38,568 bases of DNA from Allosphingosinicella sp. (GTDB taxonomy: Bacteria; Pseudomonadota; Alphaproteobacteria; Sphingomonadales; Sphingomonadaceae): positions 1 through 38,568 of the forward strand of contig JBKBVA010000002.1 of the NCBI GenBank assembly GCA_046289665.1. The letters are read 5' to 3'. Below the pieces are notes generated by a model, which saw nothing but the letters and a program-made list of their open reading frames with translations, did not search any database and was not told the DNA's origin. A program made the position numbers and the translations under genes. Positions 7,946 through 17,000 of this stretch are shown one piece after another (the stretch's first letter is position 1; the number at the start of each line of letters is the position of its first letter).

Positions 7946-8174
7946 TGAAGATCATCCCGTCCTTGACCTTGACCGTTGCTCCCGGGACGAGGGTCCCTTC
8001 AGGCTTGTTGCCGTGGCCGCGCTTGTACCGGACCGAGTAGGTGATCTCGGGATGCTGGGCGAAGTCCGGCACCTCCAAGGTCACGACTTCGGCGTAGGCG
8101 ATCCCCTCCTTCGGCCATTCGTGCTCGGTTCCCTCGACCACGATGGTGACCGTCTTCTTCTGCTTGTCAGGCAA
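7920..8174 (-). CDS. Ubiquitin-like (multi-ubiquitin family, single beta-grasp) protein, 84 aa
   Basis: VTIVVEG..HEW..IAYAEVV.L...YSVRYKRG..KPEGTL.PG..VKVKDGMIFNVSETGQS; TTG start with AGGAGG 5 nt upstream; overlaps the ThiF gene start. Confidence 0.88.
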   Translation of the reverse strand: MPDKQKKTVTIVVEGTEHEWPKEGIAYAEVVTLEVPDFAQHPEITYSVRYKRGHGNKPEGTLVPGATVKVKDGMIFNVSETGQS

Positions 8175-8262
8175 GGATGCCTCCTATTGCTTGTGGTTGG
8201 CGCGATGGCGTTGTGTCGTCGCCCTGGTCGCAGTGCGCGAGGTTCATCATTGCGAGCCCCGC

Positions 8263-8523
8263 TCAGGCTGCAAGCCGGTGAGCGGCCCGCAGCTCCACCG
8301 GATCGGACGATTCGAAGAAGAGAACCTCGTCTTGGGACAGTCGGATGCGCTGCCTCGGCTGGAGCGCGAACCGCTCTCCGGCGCGGACCAGCCAGAGCTG
8401 GCGATCGGCAGGCCGATTGGCTCTCGACAGCAAAGATGCGGCGTCGATTACCTCGGCGTCGGTCGCCAGCAACTGCCCGTCGACATCGACGATGTTGCGG
8501 TAGCCGATGTTCCAGTAGGCCAT
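8263..8523 (-). CDS. Small protein resembling a degenerate multi-ubiquitin (beta-grasp) domain, 86 aa
   Basis: GAGAGGAGA RBS before ATG 8523; IVDVDGQ...IDAASLLSRA..P...LWLV...LQP...IRL....FF pattern; lies inside the operon. Confidence 0.6.
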   Translation of the reverse strand: MAYWNIGYRNIVDVDGQLLATDAEVIDAASLLSRANRPADRQLWLVRAGERFALQPRQRIRLSQDEVLFFESSDPVELRAAHRLAA

Positions 8524-8571
8524 TTGCGAATCTCCTCTCGTTCGATGAAGGCAGATTCGCACATGGGGATG

Positions 8572-11500
8572 TCAGAAGCTGTCACCCCCATGTTCGCGTA
8601 GCGCGCAGAGAGCATTGACCAGCGACATCTCCTCGACGGTCCGGCACGGCGTTTCGAGGAGAAGGGGGCTCGCGAAGACCATCGCGGCGATCTGGGCTCG
8701 GGAAACGGCGACGTTGATTCGGTTCAGCGAGAACAGGAAGGCGATGTCGCGAGGCAGCTCCTCGCCGCTGGAGGTGGTCATGGACACGAGGCAGACGGGC
8801 GCCTCCTGCCCCTGAAACCGGTCGACGGTCCCGACCCGGACCAGGTCCGGCAACGCGGCGCGCAGGGCGTTGACCTGGGCGTTGTACGGAGCGACGACGA
8901 GAATGTCGTTCAACCCGATGATCCGCTCGCGCCCGTGCCGATCGCGGTAGGTCGCCCCCTCGAGCTCGGCGATGCGCGCCTCGATCGCGTCGATCTCCTC
9001 CACGCTCACCTGCGACCGGCCGAAATGCACGACGGCCCTCATTCCCGCGCCCGCGAGATTACCGCCGGCGCGGGACACTAAGGTCTGTCCGGCCGCGGCG
9101 TCGTCGCTGCTGAGCCGGCCCTCATAGACCGCGGTCGATATGAAGCCGCACACGCTCGGGTGCATTCGCCGGCTGACGGGGATGAACACGCCCCGGTCTG
9201 AAGGGATGACCCGGTGGCCGTCGATCAGGTACTCCAAGCACGAGCGGCCGCTGTCGCCGGGATGGCAGCCCTGCAGCGGCTGCGGCAGTTGCATGGGATC
9301 GCCGACCAGGACGATGTTCCTTGCCGATCGCGCCATCGCGAGGATGTTCGCGATCGAGACCTGTCCCGCCTCGTCGACGACGAGATAGTCGAAGGCCGGG
9401 GCATCGTAGCGCGCGAAGTGCCATGCAGTGGCGCCGACAATGTCGGCGGAGGCGATTTCGGGTGCATCGTTGTCGTTCACGAAGACGATGCCGGGATTGG
9501 CGTCCTCTTCCTCGTCGTCGCCCGACTTCTGGACCACGCTGCACTTAACGCCCTCGCCGCGGGCCCGGTCGACAACGGCCTTGAGCAGGTTGCCGATCGC
9601 CTTGTGGCTGTTCGACGAGACCGCGACGCGCTTTCCCGCGCGAACGAGGTCGACGATCGCGAGCGCGCTGACGTACGTCTTGCCGGTGCCCGGGGGCCCC
9701 TGAATCGCGAGCGTCGTGCCGGCCATCGCCGCGATGGCGCGGCTGGTCTCGGCCGGCAGGTCCCCGTCGGCAGGGATGATCCCGGCGGGGCGCAACCCGT
9801 CGGCGAACAGGGGTGGCGAGCGTGTCAGCAGATGCTCGGCGGCGGGGAAGCGTCCGCTGTTCGCGATGATCTCGTCGGTGACGGCGGCGACCGCGTCCCT
9901 CAGGATACTGTTGCGGAGCGGCTTGGGGGGCAGGAGGTCGAGCCGGTCCGGGAGCGGCCCCTTCGCGGTCGAGCGGCGAAGCATCAGCTGGCCGGCCTCA
10001 TGGTCGATCGAGCGGAGGCTTACGTCCTCCGGCATCACCGCAGGCTTTACGCACGGGCTCTTGCCGGCCCGCAGCTTCGTCTCCTGCGGTGGGAAGCTGT
10101 AGGTCCGCTCGAAGGATTTTGCCGTGACCTTGACGGGCTCTCCAACGGCCTCGAGCCCCTGGATGCACTCGAGATCGTCGAGCAGCTCCTCGCTCTCCTG
10201 AGCGAGGCGGTCGAAGATCGCCCAATAGGCCGGCTTGTCCTCCCGCTTGTGGAACTGGCTCAGGTCGAGCAGCAGGTCGGCCACCCGGTCGCCCAGGCGG
10301 TGGCGGACCGGCTGGAGCCTTGCCCGCAACTCCGCGATCTCCGCGTCCTCGGCCTCCACGTTGGAAAGCGGGCCGCCTTCCGGCACCTCGCCGAGCACCG
10401 GCCAATTCATGTTTGCGGGCCGAACATCGCGCACCAGCCAATCCCGTAGAAGCTGGGTCGAGAGGCAGTCGGTGCGGTTATAATCGCGGATCTCGTCGAG
10501 CAGGCGCTGCTCGCGCGTCTCCCGCCACTTCTCGTAGAAGACGACGCTCGCCCCGGCGCTCGCGACGTCGGCGGCCCGCTTCTCCATGTAGAAGGCCTCG
10601 AGGTCCTTAATGGAATAGCCTTTTTCGGAAGCGACCAGCGCCCCCGAGACGACCTTGAACAGGTCGACGAACCGCCGCTCTCGCTGGAGCTGGTCGATCG
10701 CCGCCTCGCCCGTGCGATGCAGGGCTGTCAGCCGCCGCAGGGCCGCGATCTCGTAATTCGCATAATGATAGATGTGCGCGGCAGGATGGCGCTTCATGTG
10801 ACCGGCGAGGAACGCCAGCAGCTCCGCCACCGCGCGGCCCTCGTCCTCCCGCGTATGCGCCCAGAAGGCGCGAAACGTCCAATCGCCCGATTCGCGGTAC
10901 CAAAGCCCGTGGAGGTATTCGAGGCCTCCCGGGAAATAGGGATCGCCCTCGATGTCGTAGAAGATATCGCCGTCGTCCGGCGCCGGCAGCAGCCCGAAGC
11001 CCTTTCCCGGTTGCGGGTCCCGAAGCTCCAATGCGGGAGGCCCGCCGGCGCGGCGTTGCGTCTGAAGCCGAGCCTGCGACACGAGGCGGCGCTGCGTTTC
11101 CGCTGCCATGCCCGGCACGCGATCCTGACGGGTGGAGAGAGCGGCCATGGTGGCGACCCCGGCGGACTCGAGCTTCTGACGCTGGGACCGGCTGATGCCT
11201 GCGACGAGGGCGAGGCTGTCCTCCCGGTCCCACTGCTCCGCACATTGGCGCTTCCAGCGGCACAGAGGACATGCCGCCACCGGCTCCGGCCGGGTTGCCA
11301 GGCGATCGACAAGAAATGACTCAAGGATCCTGCGCGCATGCCGTGCGTAGGCGGAGACGTCCGCGAGCCGTACCGTGAACCGGGTGCCGTCGCCCAACTG
11401 GAGGTGGGCAGCCTCGGGCGCGACGCCTTGAACCTTGTGGAGAAGATCGCTGTAGAGGCAGAGCTGGAGGACGTGCTTGGGATCGGGCTTCCGCTTCAGC

Positions 11501-11907
11501 TTCGTGTCGACCACCTCGTAGGACCAGCACCCGAGGTCGGACGGGCGCTCGACCCGTTCCAGGAAGTCCGAATAGCCGCCCCAGGCGCCATCGAGCATCG
11601 CGCCCTGGAAGATGATGTCGGGTCCCGCCTTCATGGCTTCGATGGTCAGGCGAACCGATTCTTCAAGCGTAATCCCGTCCTTGGGGATGGAGATCACGCT
11701 TCGCCCTTCGGCCTTGAGCTTCTCCAGAAAGGCCAGCTCGTGCTCGTCGCCCTGCTTCTGCAGGAGCTCGGCTTCTTCGCTATCGTCGCCGGGCCGGAGA
11801 TCACCGATCTCGATGAGCCGCAGATCCAGCGCAGTCGCATGCCTGCACCCCTTGAACCGCATCAGGTCGGACGCCGAGAGCCTGAGAGCCTCGTTGATCA
11901 ATCGCAT
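8572..11907 (-). CDS. TM0106-family RecB/Cas4-like nuclease + RNase H-like domain + SF1 (DNA2/NAM7-like) helicase, 1111 aa
   Basis: LSASDL..F.GC, GYSDFL...VVDTK...QLCLY (PD-(D/E)xK), CPLCRW..QC, YDIEGDP, QGPPGTGKT, VDEAGQ, GDPMQL, TVDRFQGQE, NVAVSRA. AAGGGG RBS before ATG 11907. Confidence 0.92.
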   Translation of the reverse strand: MRLINEALRLSASDLMRFKGCRHATALDLRLIEIGDLRPGDDSEEAELLQKQGDEHELAFLEKLKAEGRSVISIPKDGITLEESVRLTIEAMKAGPDIIFQGAMLDGAWGGYSDFLERVERPSDLGCWSYEVVDTKLKRKPDPKHVLQLCLYSDLLHKVQGVAPEAAHLQLGDGTRFTVRLADVSAYARHARRILESFLVDRLATRPEPVAACPLCRWKRQCAEQWDREDSLALVAGISRSQRQKLESAGVATMAALSTRQDRVPGMAAETQRRLVSQARLQTQRRAGGPPALELRDPQPGKGFGLLPAPDDGDIFYDIEGDPYFPGGLEYLHGLWYRESGDWTFRAFWAHTREDEGRAVAELLAFLAGHMKRHPAAHIYHYANYEIAALRRLTALHRTGEAAIDQLQRERRFVDLFKVVSGALVASEKGYSIKDLEAFYMEKRAADVASAGASVVFYEKWRETREQRLLDEIRDYNRTDCLSTQLLRDWLVRDVRPANMNWPVLGEVPEGGPLSNVEAEDAEIAELRARLQPVRHRLGDRVADLLLDLSQFHKREDKPAYWAIFDRLAQESEELLDDLECIQGLEAVGEPVKVTAKSFERTYSFPPQETKLRAGKSPCVKPAVMPEDVSLRSIDHEAGQLMLRRSTAKGPLPDRLDLLPPKPLRNSILRDAVAAVTDEIIANSGRFPAAEHLLTRSPPLFADGLRPAGIIPADGDLPAETSRAIAAMAGTTLAIQGPPGTGKTYVSALAIVDLVRAGKRVAVSSNSHKAIGNLLKAVVDRARGEGVKCSVVQKSGDDEEEDANPGIVFVNDNDAPEIASADIVGATAWHFARYDAPAFDYLVVDEAGQVSIANILAMARSARNIVLVGDPMQLPQPLQGCHPGDSGRSCLEYLIDGHRVIPSDRGVFIPVSRRMHPSVCGFISTAVYEGRLSSDDAAAGQTLVSRAGGNLAGAGMRAVVHFGRSQVSVEEIDAIEARIAELEGATYRDRHGRERIIGLNDILVVAPYNAQVNALRAALPDLVRVGTVDRFQGQEAPVCLVSMTTSSGEELPRDIAFLFSLNRINVAVSRAQIAAMVFASPLLLETPCRTVEEMSLVNALCALREHGGDSF

Positions 11908-11926
11908 GCGCAATCCCCTTCGTCCC

Positions 11927-11960
11927 GCTATAGCATGCCAGCACGACAAAAGCTGTCATG
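11927..11960. promoter_or_regulatory. Divergent promoter with a DriD-type operator (CACGAC-N7-GTCATG) and a GCTATAGC -10-like element
   Basis: CGAC 11944-11947, 7-nt spacer, GTCA 11955-11958. Minus-strand TGCTATAGC at 11935-11927 lies upstream of the TM0106 RBS. Confidence 0.6.
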
Positions 11961-11969
11961 GAGGTTTTG

Positions 11970-12962
11970 GTGTCGTTCGCGAAAGCGCAGGAGCTGCTCA
12001 AGCTCGCCATGATGGCTACCCGCCGCAGCGGCGTCTCGCTCGAGGAGATTGTCGAGGAGTTCGGCTGCGTGCATCGCTCCGCCCAGCGGATGACGGAGGC
12101 CCTCGAGGCGGCGTTCCCGCAGACCCGCGCCGCGGTAGGGGACGACAGGAAGCGCCGCTGGCGCATACCCGCGCGAGCGGTCGCGCAGCTCCTGACCCCT
12201 TCCGCGGAGGAGATGTTCGCGCTGAGCACCGCCATCGCCGAGCTCGAGCTATTGGGCATGACCAGCGAGGCGGCGACGGTCCGGCAACTCGAGCGCAAGG
12301 TGCGGGCCCTGATCCCGCCGGAAGCCGGGACGCGCCTCGAGGTGGACGAGGAAGCGCTCCTCGAGGCGCTTGGCCATGCCGCTCGGCCAGGGCCGCGGCC
12401 GGCCGCGATCACGGAAGTGGACGCCGCTATCTCCGAGGCGCTGAAGGGACCCTTCCTTTTGAAGATATCCTATCGGAGACGCACCCAGGACAAGCCCGCC
12501 GAGCGCGTGGTCGCGCCTCACGGACTCCTACTCGGCGTGCGCCGATACCTCGTCGCGCGGGATACCTCGAAGCCGCAGACCGCCCCGCTCCGCCATTACC
12601 GGGTGGAGGAAATCTATTCCGCCGAAGTCCTTGAGGACAGCTTTGAGCTCGATCCCGGCTTCAGCATCCGGCGGCACGCGGAAAAGGGCTTCGGCTCATA
12701 TGAAAGCTCTGCGGAGCATGGCTTGGTTGTATGGCGGTTTTCACGCGAAGCGGCGCCGCACGCCAGAAGGTTCATATTTCATCCGACGCAGACTCTAGAG
12801 GACGAGGCGGATGGCAGTCTGCTCGTACGGTTCCAAGCATCAGGCCATCTCGAAATGTGTTGGCATCTCTACTCGTGGGGGGACTCGGTAGAGGTTCTAC
12901 AACCTGCGCGCCTCCGGGAGTTGGTCCAAGGCTTTCAGCGCAAGTTCGAGGCGCTTCCCTGA
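11970..12962 (+). CDS. wHTH-WYL-WCX transcriptional regulator, DriD-like, 330 aa
   Basis: KAQELLKLA...SLEEI...RSAQRM..A...FPQ, TPSAEE, PGPRP, RVVAPHGLLLG..RYLVA, YRVEEI, FHPTQ..E..DGSLLVRF..SG..EMCWHL.SWG..VEV. Collinear with Caulobacter DriD as I recall it. GGAGG at 11960-11964 favours GTG 11970 over ATG 11958. Confidence 0.9.
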   Translation: MSFAKAQELLKLAMMATRRSGVSLEEIVEEFGCVHRSAQRMTEALEAAFPQTRAAVGDDRKRRWRIPARAVAQLLTPSAEEMFALSTAIAELELLGMTSEAATVRQLERKVRALIPPEAGTRLEVDEEALLEALGHAARPGPRPAAITEVDAAISEALKGPFLLKISYRRRTQDKPAERVVAPHGLLLGVRRYLVARDTSKPQTAPLRHYRVEEIYSAEVLEDSFELDPGFSIRRHAEKGFGSYESSAEHGLVVWRFSREAAPHARRFIFHPTQTLEDEADGSLLVRFQASGHLEMCWHLYSWGDSVEVLQPARLRELVQGFQRKFEALP

Positions 12963-13180
12963 CGTCCTGCGAAGCTAAGCCTGAGTCCGTGCGCAGCGGT
13001 GGCGGGCTGCGTCACGCTCCGCAATATCGGGCGATTTGCGCCACAATCGGTCAGTCAGGCGCCTAGCCCTGACGACGCGTATTGTACCGCAGCCAGCAAG
13101 GTAGATTCACCTGGGGGACTGCGTCCGATATTCGCACGACCACCGACCACGTCCCAGGCGCCGCTCGTCGAACAAACGAG

Positions 13181-13209
13181 TTGAACACATCTTATATATA
13201 TTCTATATA
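13181..13209 (+). promoter_or_regulatory. Sigma-70-like promoter in an AT-rich patch
   Basis: TTGAAC (13181-13186), 17 nt, TATATA (13204-13209), upstream of the GAGGAG RBS and ATG 13260. Confidence 0.55.
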
Positions 13210-13259
13210 CAAAGTATGCTAGACCTGTGTAGGACGGGATCTCAGTGAGGAGATGATAC

Positions 13260-13790
13260 ATGGCCAAGGGTGCGCTGATTGTGTTTACCGCTAAGTCCAT
13301 CCCTTCCATCATCGAGGCCGGAGGGACGCAGTCGTGGGTCCTGAACCCCTCTAAGATGGCGACCATTGAGTACGTGGTCTGCACCCGCAACGCTGACCGG
13401 AAGTTCGATGAGGAGTGCGGCCATCGTCCCGAACCCCACCGGGCCGCCTTCTTGGTCGGCAAGGTGTCGGGCATCCGTAAGGTGGGGGTGTTCAACGGCC
13501 GTGATCGCTACATCATCCTGTTCAGCGAGTATGCCGAGGTTTTGATCCCCGAGTTTCGTGGGCATGAGCGGAACCCAGTGACCTACGGCGACACTGACTC
13601 GCTGAGGATCAAGGGCCTCGATATCTCAAAGCTGAAGTTCAAGCCGATGCCGAAGACGAGCGGCTTGGAGGATGGAGGGACCGCGCCGTCAGCCCCGGCG
13701 ACGGGCCTGTCGATTGAAGAGGCAAAGAAGGGCCTCTCGACACGGTACGGCATCCCCCAGGCGAACATCCAGATCGTCATGACCGGCTGA
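13260..13790 (+). CDS. Hypothetical protein, 176 aa (possible PUA/EVE-like N-domain plus short C-terminal domain)
   Basis: Good RBS and promoter; SWVL...YVVC...H.AAFLVGKV...RY.I.FSEYA...NPVTY, a linker, then LSIEEAKKGL...YG....IQI...G. Confidence 0.75.
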   Translation: MAKGALIVFTAKSIPSIIEAGGTQSWVLNPSKMATIEYVVCTRNADRKFDEECGHRPEPHRAAFLVGKVSGIRKVGVFNGRDRYIILFSEYAEVLIPEFRGHERNPVTYGDTDSLRIKGLDISKLKFKPMPKTSGLEDGGTAPSAPATGLSIEEAKKGLSTRYGIPQANIQIVMTG

Positions 13791-13905
13791 CGAACGACGG
13801 CACGGCTTCCTGCCGATCGGCGTCAGGGCGCTGCCGACTGCTACTTGTGCGAAAGGACGAGCGTCCCACGATGACCGAGTCGGGCTCATTGAAGCCGATG
13901 CTTCG

Positions 13906-13925
13906 TGTGGGGATGAATGTGGGGT
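13906..13925 (+). repeat. TGTGGGG direct repeat, candidate integrase arm-type sites
   Basis: TGTGGGGA (13906) and TGTGGGGT (13918), about 65 bp before the att-like core. Confidence 0.45.
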
Positions 13926-13988
13926 CGCGCCAAATGCAGACTTGTTTTCTAACGTAAGTTCAAGTGTTTAGGCGGCAACGTTCGGCGA

Positions 13989-14003
13989 CCTCCCGCTCCG
14001 CCA
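13989..14003 (+). repeat. att site core: duplicated 3' end of a tRNA-Ser-like gene (CCTCCCGCTCCGCCA)
   Basis: Reads as T-stem 3' strand CCTC + acceptor strand CCGCTCC + discriminator G + CCA, with no tRNA body upstream. Confidence 0.65.
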
Positions 14004-14038
14004 TTTTTCTGTCCCGTCATGCGTCCGGGCGTGCCCGG

Positions 14039-17000
14039 TCAGGACAAGGCCCATAACAGCGTGGAGATTTTCAGGATCGGGCTCGCGGCGTCTTCCGCCT
14101 TGGCTTGGAACACGGCGAGGTCGAAGACGAGGTAGCCCGTCTGGCCGGGGTCGAGGTTGGCCGTCCTCCAGCCGTCGATCGCATCGGCAAGGTTGGTGAC
14201 GAACGTCCCGCTGACCGCCTCGTAATCGGGCGATCCCGAAATGGGGTTGAGCTGGAACGCATATTGGGTGTGCAGCAGCGCCGGCGTCTGCGGGCTGAGG
14301 TTCGATCCTCCCAACGGCTGGCCGGGGGCGAGATCGAAGCGGTAGGCGACGTGCAGGTTGATCAGCCGCTCGGACCCGGCCGGCCAGGCGACGGTGCCGA
14401 TGTCGAACAGCTGCTTGAAGAAGTCCGACAGCGCCTGCGCGAGACCTGCGCCGGGAGACGGCGGCGGCATGACATAGGGTTCGGGGCGGCCGATCAGCGG
14501 CGTGAAATCGTCGACGGTCGCGATCACCGGCGTCTGATAGACGAAGGCCGGCAGCGTCGGCCCCTCGCTGGACAGATTGTCGTTGCGCCTGACGTGCAGT
14601 CCGGCCCTGGCGCTCTGGCTGACGATCGCATCCAGCCGCTGATAGAAGAAACGGTGGGTGAGGCTGGTATCCGCCCGGATCTGGTGCGGCGGATAGGCGA
14701 AGACGATTTCGGTGGTCGGCGTCTCGGTGAGCTTCGTCAGATCGTGCCATTCGCCGCCGGGCGTGGCGACCTGGACCTTGCCCGGCCACAAGGTCTCGCC
14801 CGGCGCCTGCGCGGTGACGATCAGGGTGTCGAGAAAGTCTTCCTGCTCGCGCGCGCGGGTCGTGGTCAGGACGAAATCGTGGTCGCCGTCGACCGATCCG
14901 TCCGCCGCCGCCGCCGGCGGCAGGACGCCCCGGAAACGCTCGATCATGGCCGCGAATTCGGCGAGGGCCGAGGCGGACGCCACCGCCGGGTTGCCCGCAT
15001 TGTCCGGGGACAGGAAGGGCAGCTGCTGCAGATCCTCCATCAGCGGCTGGTAGCTGGCGTTGAACTGGGCCAGCGCCTCGAGGATGTTCGTCGGCAAGCC
15101 GGCATCCTCTTCGAGCATGCTCAGCGACCGCTTGTTCGTCGCCCCGGTGACGTCGTTCAACGTGACGCCGGTGAAGATCAGATCCTGGGCCGCCGCGCGA
15201 TACTGGAACTCGAAGAAATAGTCCCAGCTCTTCAGGTCCGCGACGGTGATCGGTTCCGGCGGAAGCGCAGTTCCGGCGCCGCCCTGGCCGGTGACGATCG
15301 GAGCGTCGGGATAGGCGTCGTTCGGGATCGGGATCTCGACCAGGCCGATCCGGGAATCGGTGCCGCCGCCGGAGGAATCGAACGGCAGCAGGAAGGACAG
15401 CCACGCCGAATATTCGTAATCCGGATCCGCCTCCACCGTACGGATCCCATGCTCGATCTGGTTGATCGGGAAATCGAGGTTCATGAAGAGCTTGCGGGTC
15501 CGGGCGCGATTGGCGACATCGAGGAAGAAGGTCAGCGCCGATCCCGACGACAAGGGCGCGGCTGTCGCGCTGAACCCGTAGTTCGGCAATATCTCGACGA
15601 TCGAGACGGTCGCCCCGGCGGCGATGAGATTGGCCGGATCGACCCGGAAGTAATTGGCGACCGCCGCGGCGTCCGGCGCCGGCGACACGCCCGCGGCCGC
15701 GAAGGCGGCCGCCAGCGTATTGAAGGTGGAGGCGGACGTGACCGGCACGGTGGCGCTGCCGTCCGGCCCGTAGCGCCAGGTCAAAGAGGTGATCGACGGA
15801 TCGAACAGGCCCGGTTCGTCCTGCATCGCCGAGGCCAGTTGCAGGACCGAGATGTCGAGCGCCAGCGCGACCGCCTCGATGCTGGTCGCAGCGGGCACGG
15901 GATAAGCGACGGGCGTGGCATTCAACGGCACGTCCGGCGCGAACAATCCCTGGCCGGCCGGCGCGACGCTCAGATTGTCGATCAGGGCCTGGGCCGGCAT
16001 GGGGCCGGTGATCCCGAGCTTGACGGCCAGCGCGTTCAGCGAATCGGCGGCGGTGGGCTGGGCGCTGGCGCCCGTCGGCGTGTAGGTGGCGGTGATCGGG
16101 GTGTCGCCGGTCGGGCCCAAATTGAGGATGCCGGGCACGTCGCCGAGCATCTCGACGACATAGGGCTGGCTGACGTTCAGCGCCGCGGCGAGGCTCGCGA
16201 GGGTCTCGACAGCGCCGGTGACGTAGGGCCGGTTGACCGGCTGGCCGAACAGCCGCGGCGGCTGGAGGCCCGGGCCCTCGGGGCCGCCGTTGGTGACGGT
16301 CACCGGGAATTGGATGACGGTCTCGACCTTGTAGGCGTCGGCGAGCCTGATCTTCAGGCGGTCGGCGAAGCTCTCCCGGGCGAGCGCGAGGTTCCCGGCA
16401 TGGCCGTTGTCGATCAATTGCCCCAGCATCGCGGCGACACTCTCCGCGAGGGCGCCCTTGAGCGTGACCAGCGATGTCAGCGCCTCGGGGGCGTGCTGGT
16501 GGATGGCCACCGCGCATTCTGGGGAAAGCGCGAGGTCCATCGTCTCGAAGAACTGCTTGGCCCAGACATCCAGATCGACATTCTTGATATCGACGGGGCC
16601 GTCGACCACGGGCACCGGATTGCCGGACACGTAGTGGCGCATCGGAACCCGATCCTCGCCGAGCAGCCGGTTGGAGATGGGCTGCCGCGCGAAGTAGCTC
16701 GGCTGGAGCGCGTCGACCTTGAAGCCGTAGCCGTCGGACGAGAAGTTCACCGCCCAGAGCTGGCGCGCCGTCTGGCCCGGTTGCGCCGAATCGCCGCCGG
16801 CGCTGACGCAGACCTTGACCGCCCCGTCGAACGCCGCCTCCAGGCCGGCCGCGAATGCCCGCAGCGACTGGGCGCCGTCCGTCGGCGAGTCCGGCGTGGA
16901 ATGGGCCGGCACTGCAGTCTCGACGAGCTGGGCGGCCGGGACGTCGGCGAAGGACGGGTCGAGCAGCGCGGTCGGGACCACCGAATAGCGGCGCGTCATG

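Larger units (their letters stand above)
1..14003. mobile_element. Right portion of a tRNA-Ser-targeted integrative (ICE-derived or mobilizable) element; left end and integrase lie outside the window
   Basis: Contains DUF2493, ssb, a VirD2-like relaxase and a CopG-like gene, then defence-type cargo. Ends at a tRNA 3'-end-like sequence (13989-14003) preceded by TGTGGGG direct repeats. Confidence 0.7.

Noticed and set aside
6752-8174. Thiamine or molybdopterin biosynthesis (ThiF/ThiS, MoeB/MoaD), or CBASS
   Set aside because: No cofactor-pathway genes and no CD-NTase nearby; the Ubl is multi-ubiquitin type and the E1 is fused to an E2-like domain.
8572-11907. Cas4/CRISPR-associated locus
   Set aside because: The Cas4-like Cys pattern belongs to the TM0106 nuclease domain. 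I saw no CRISPR array or other cas genes in the window.
13930-14003. A complete tRNA gene ending in CCA
   Set aside because: Only the last 15 nt fit. There is no TTCGAAT loop, anticodon arm or 5' acceptor strand, so it was treated as an att duplication.
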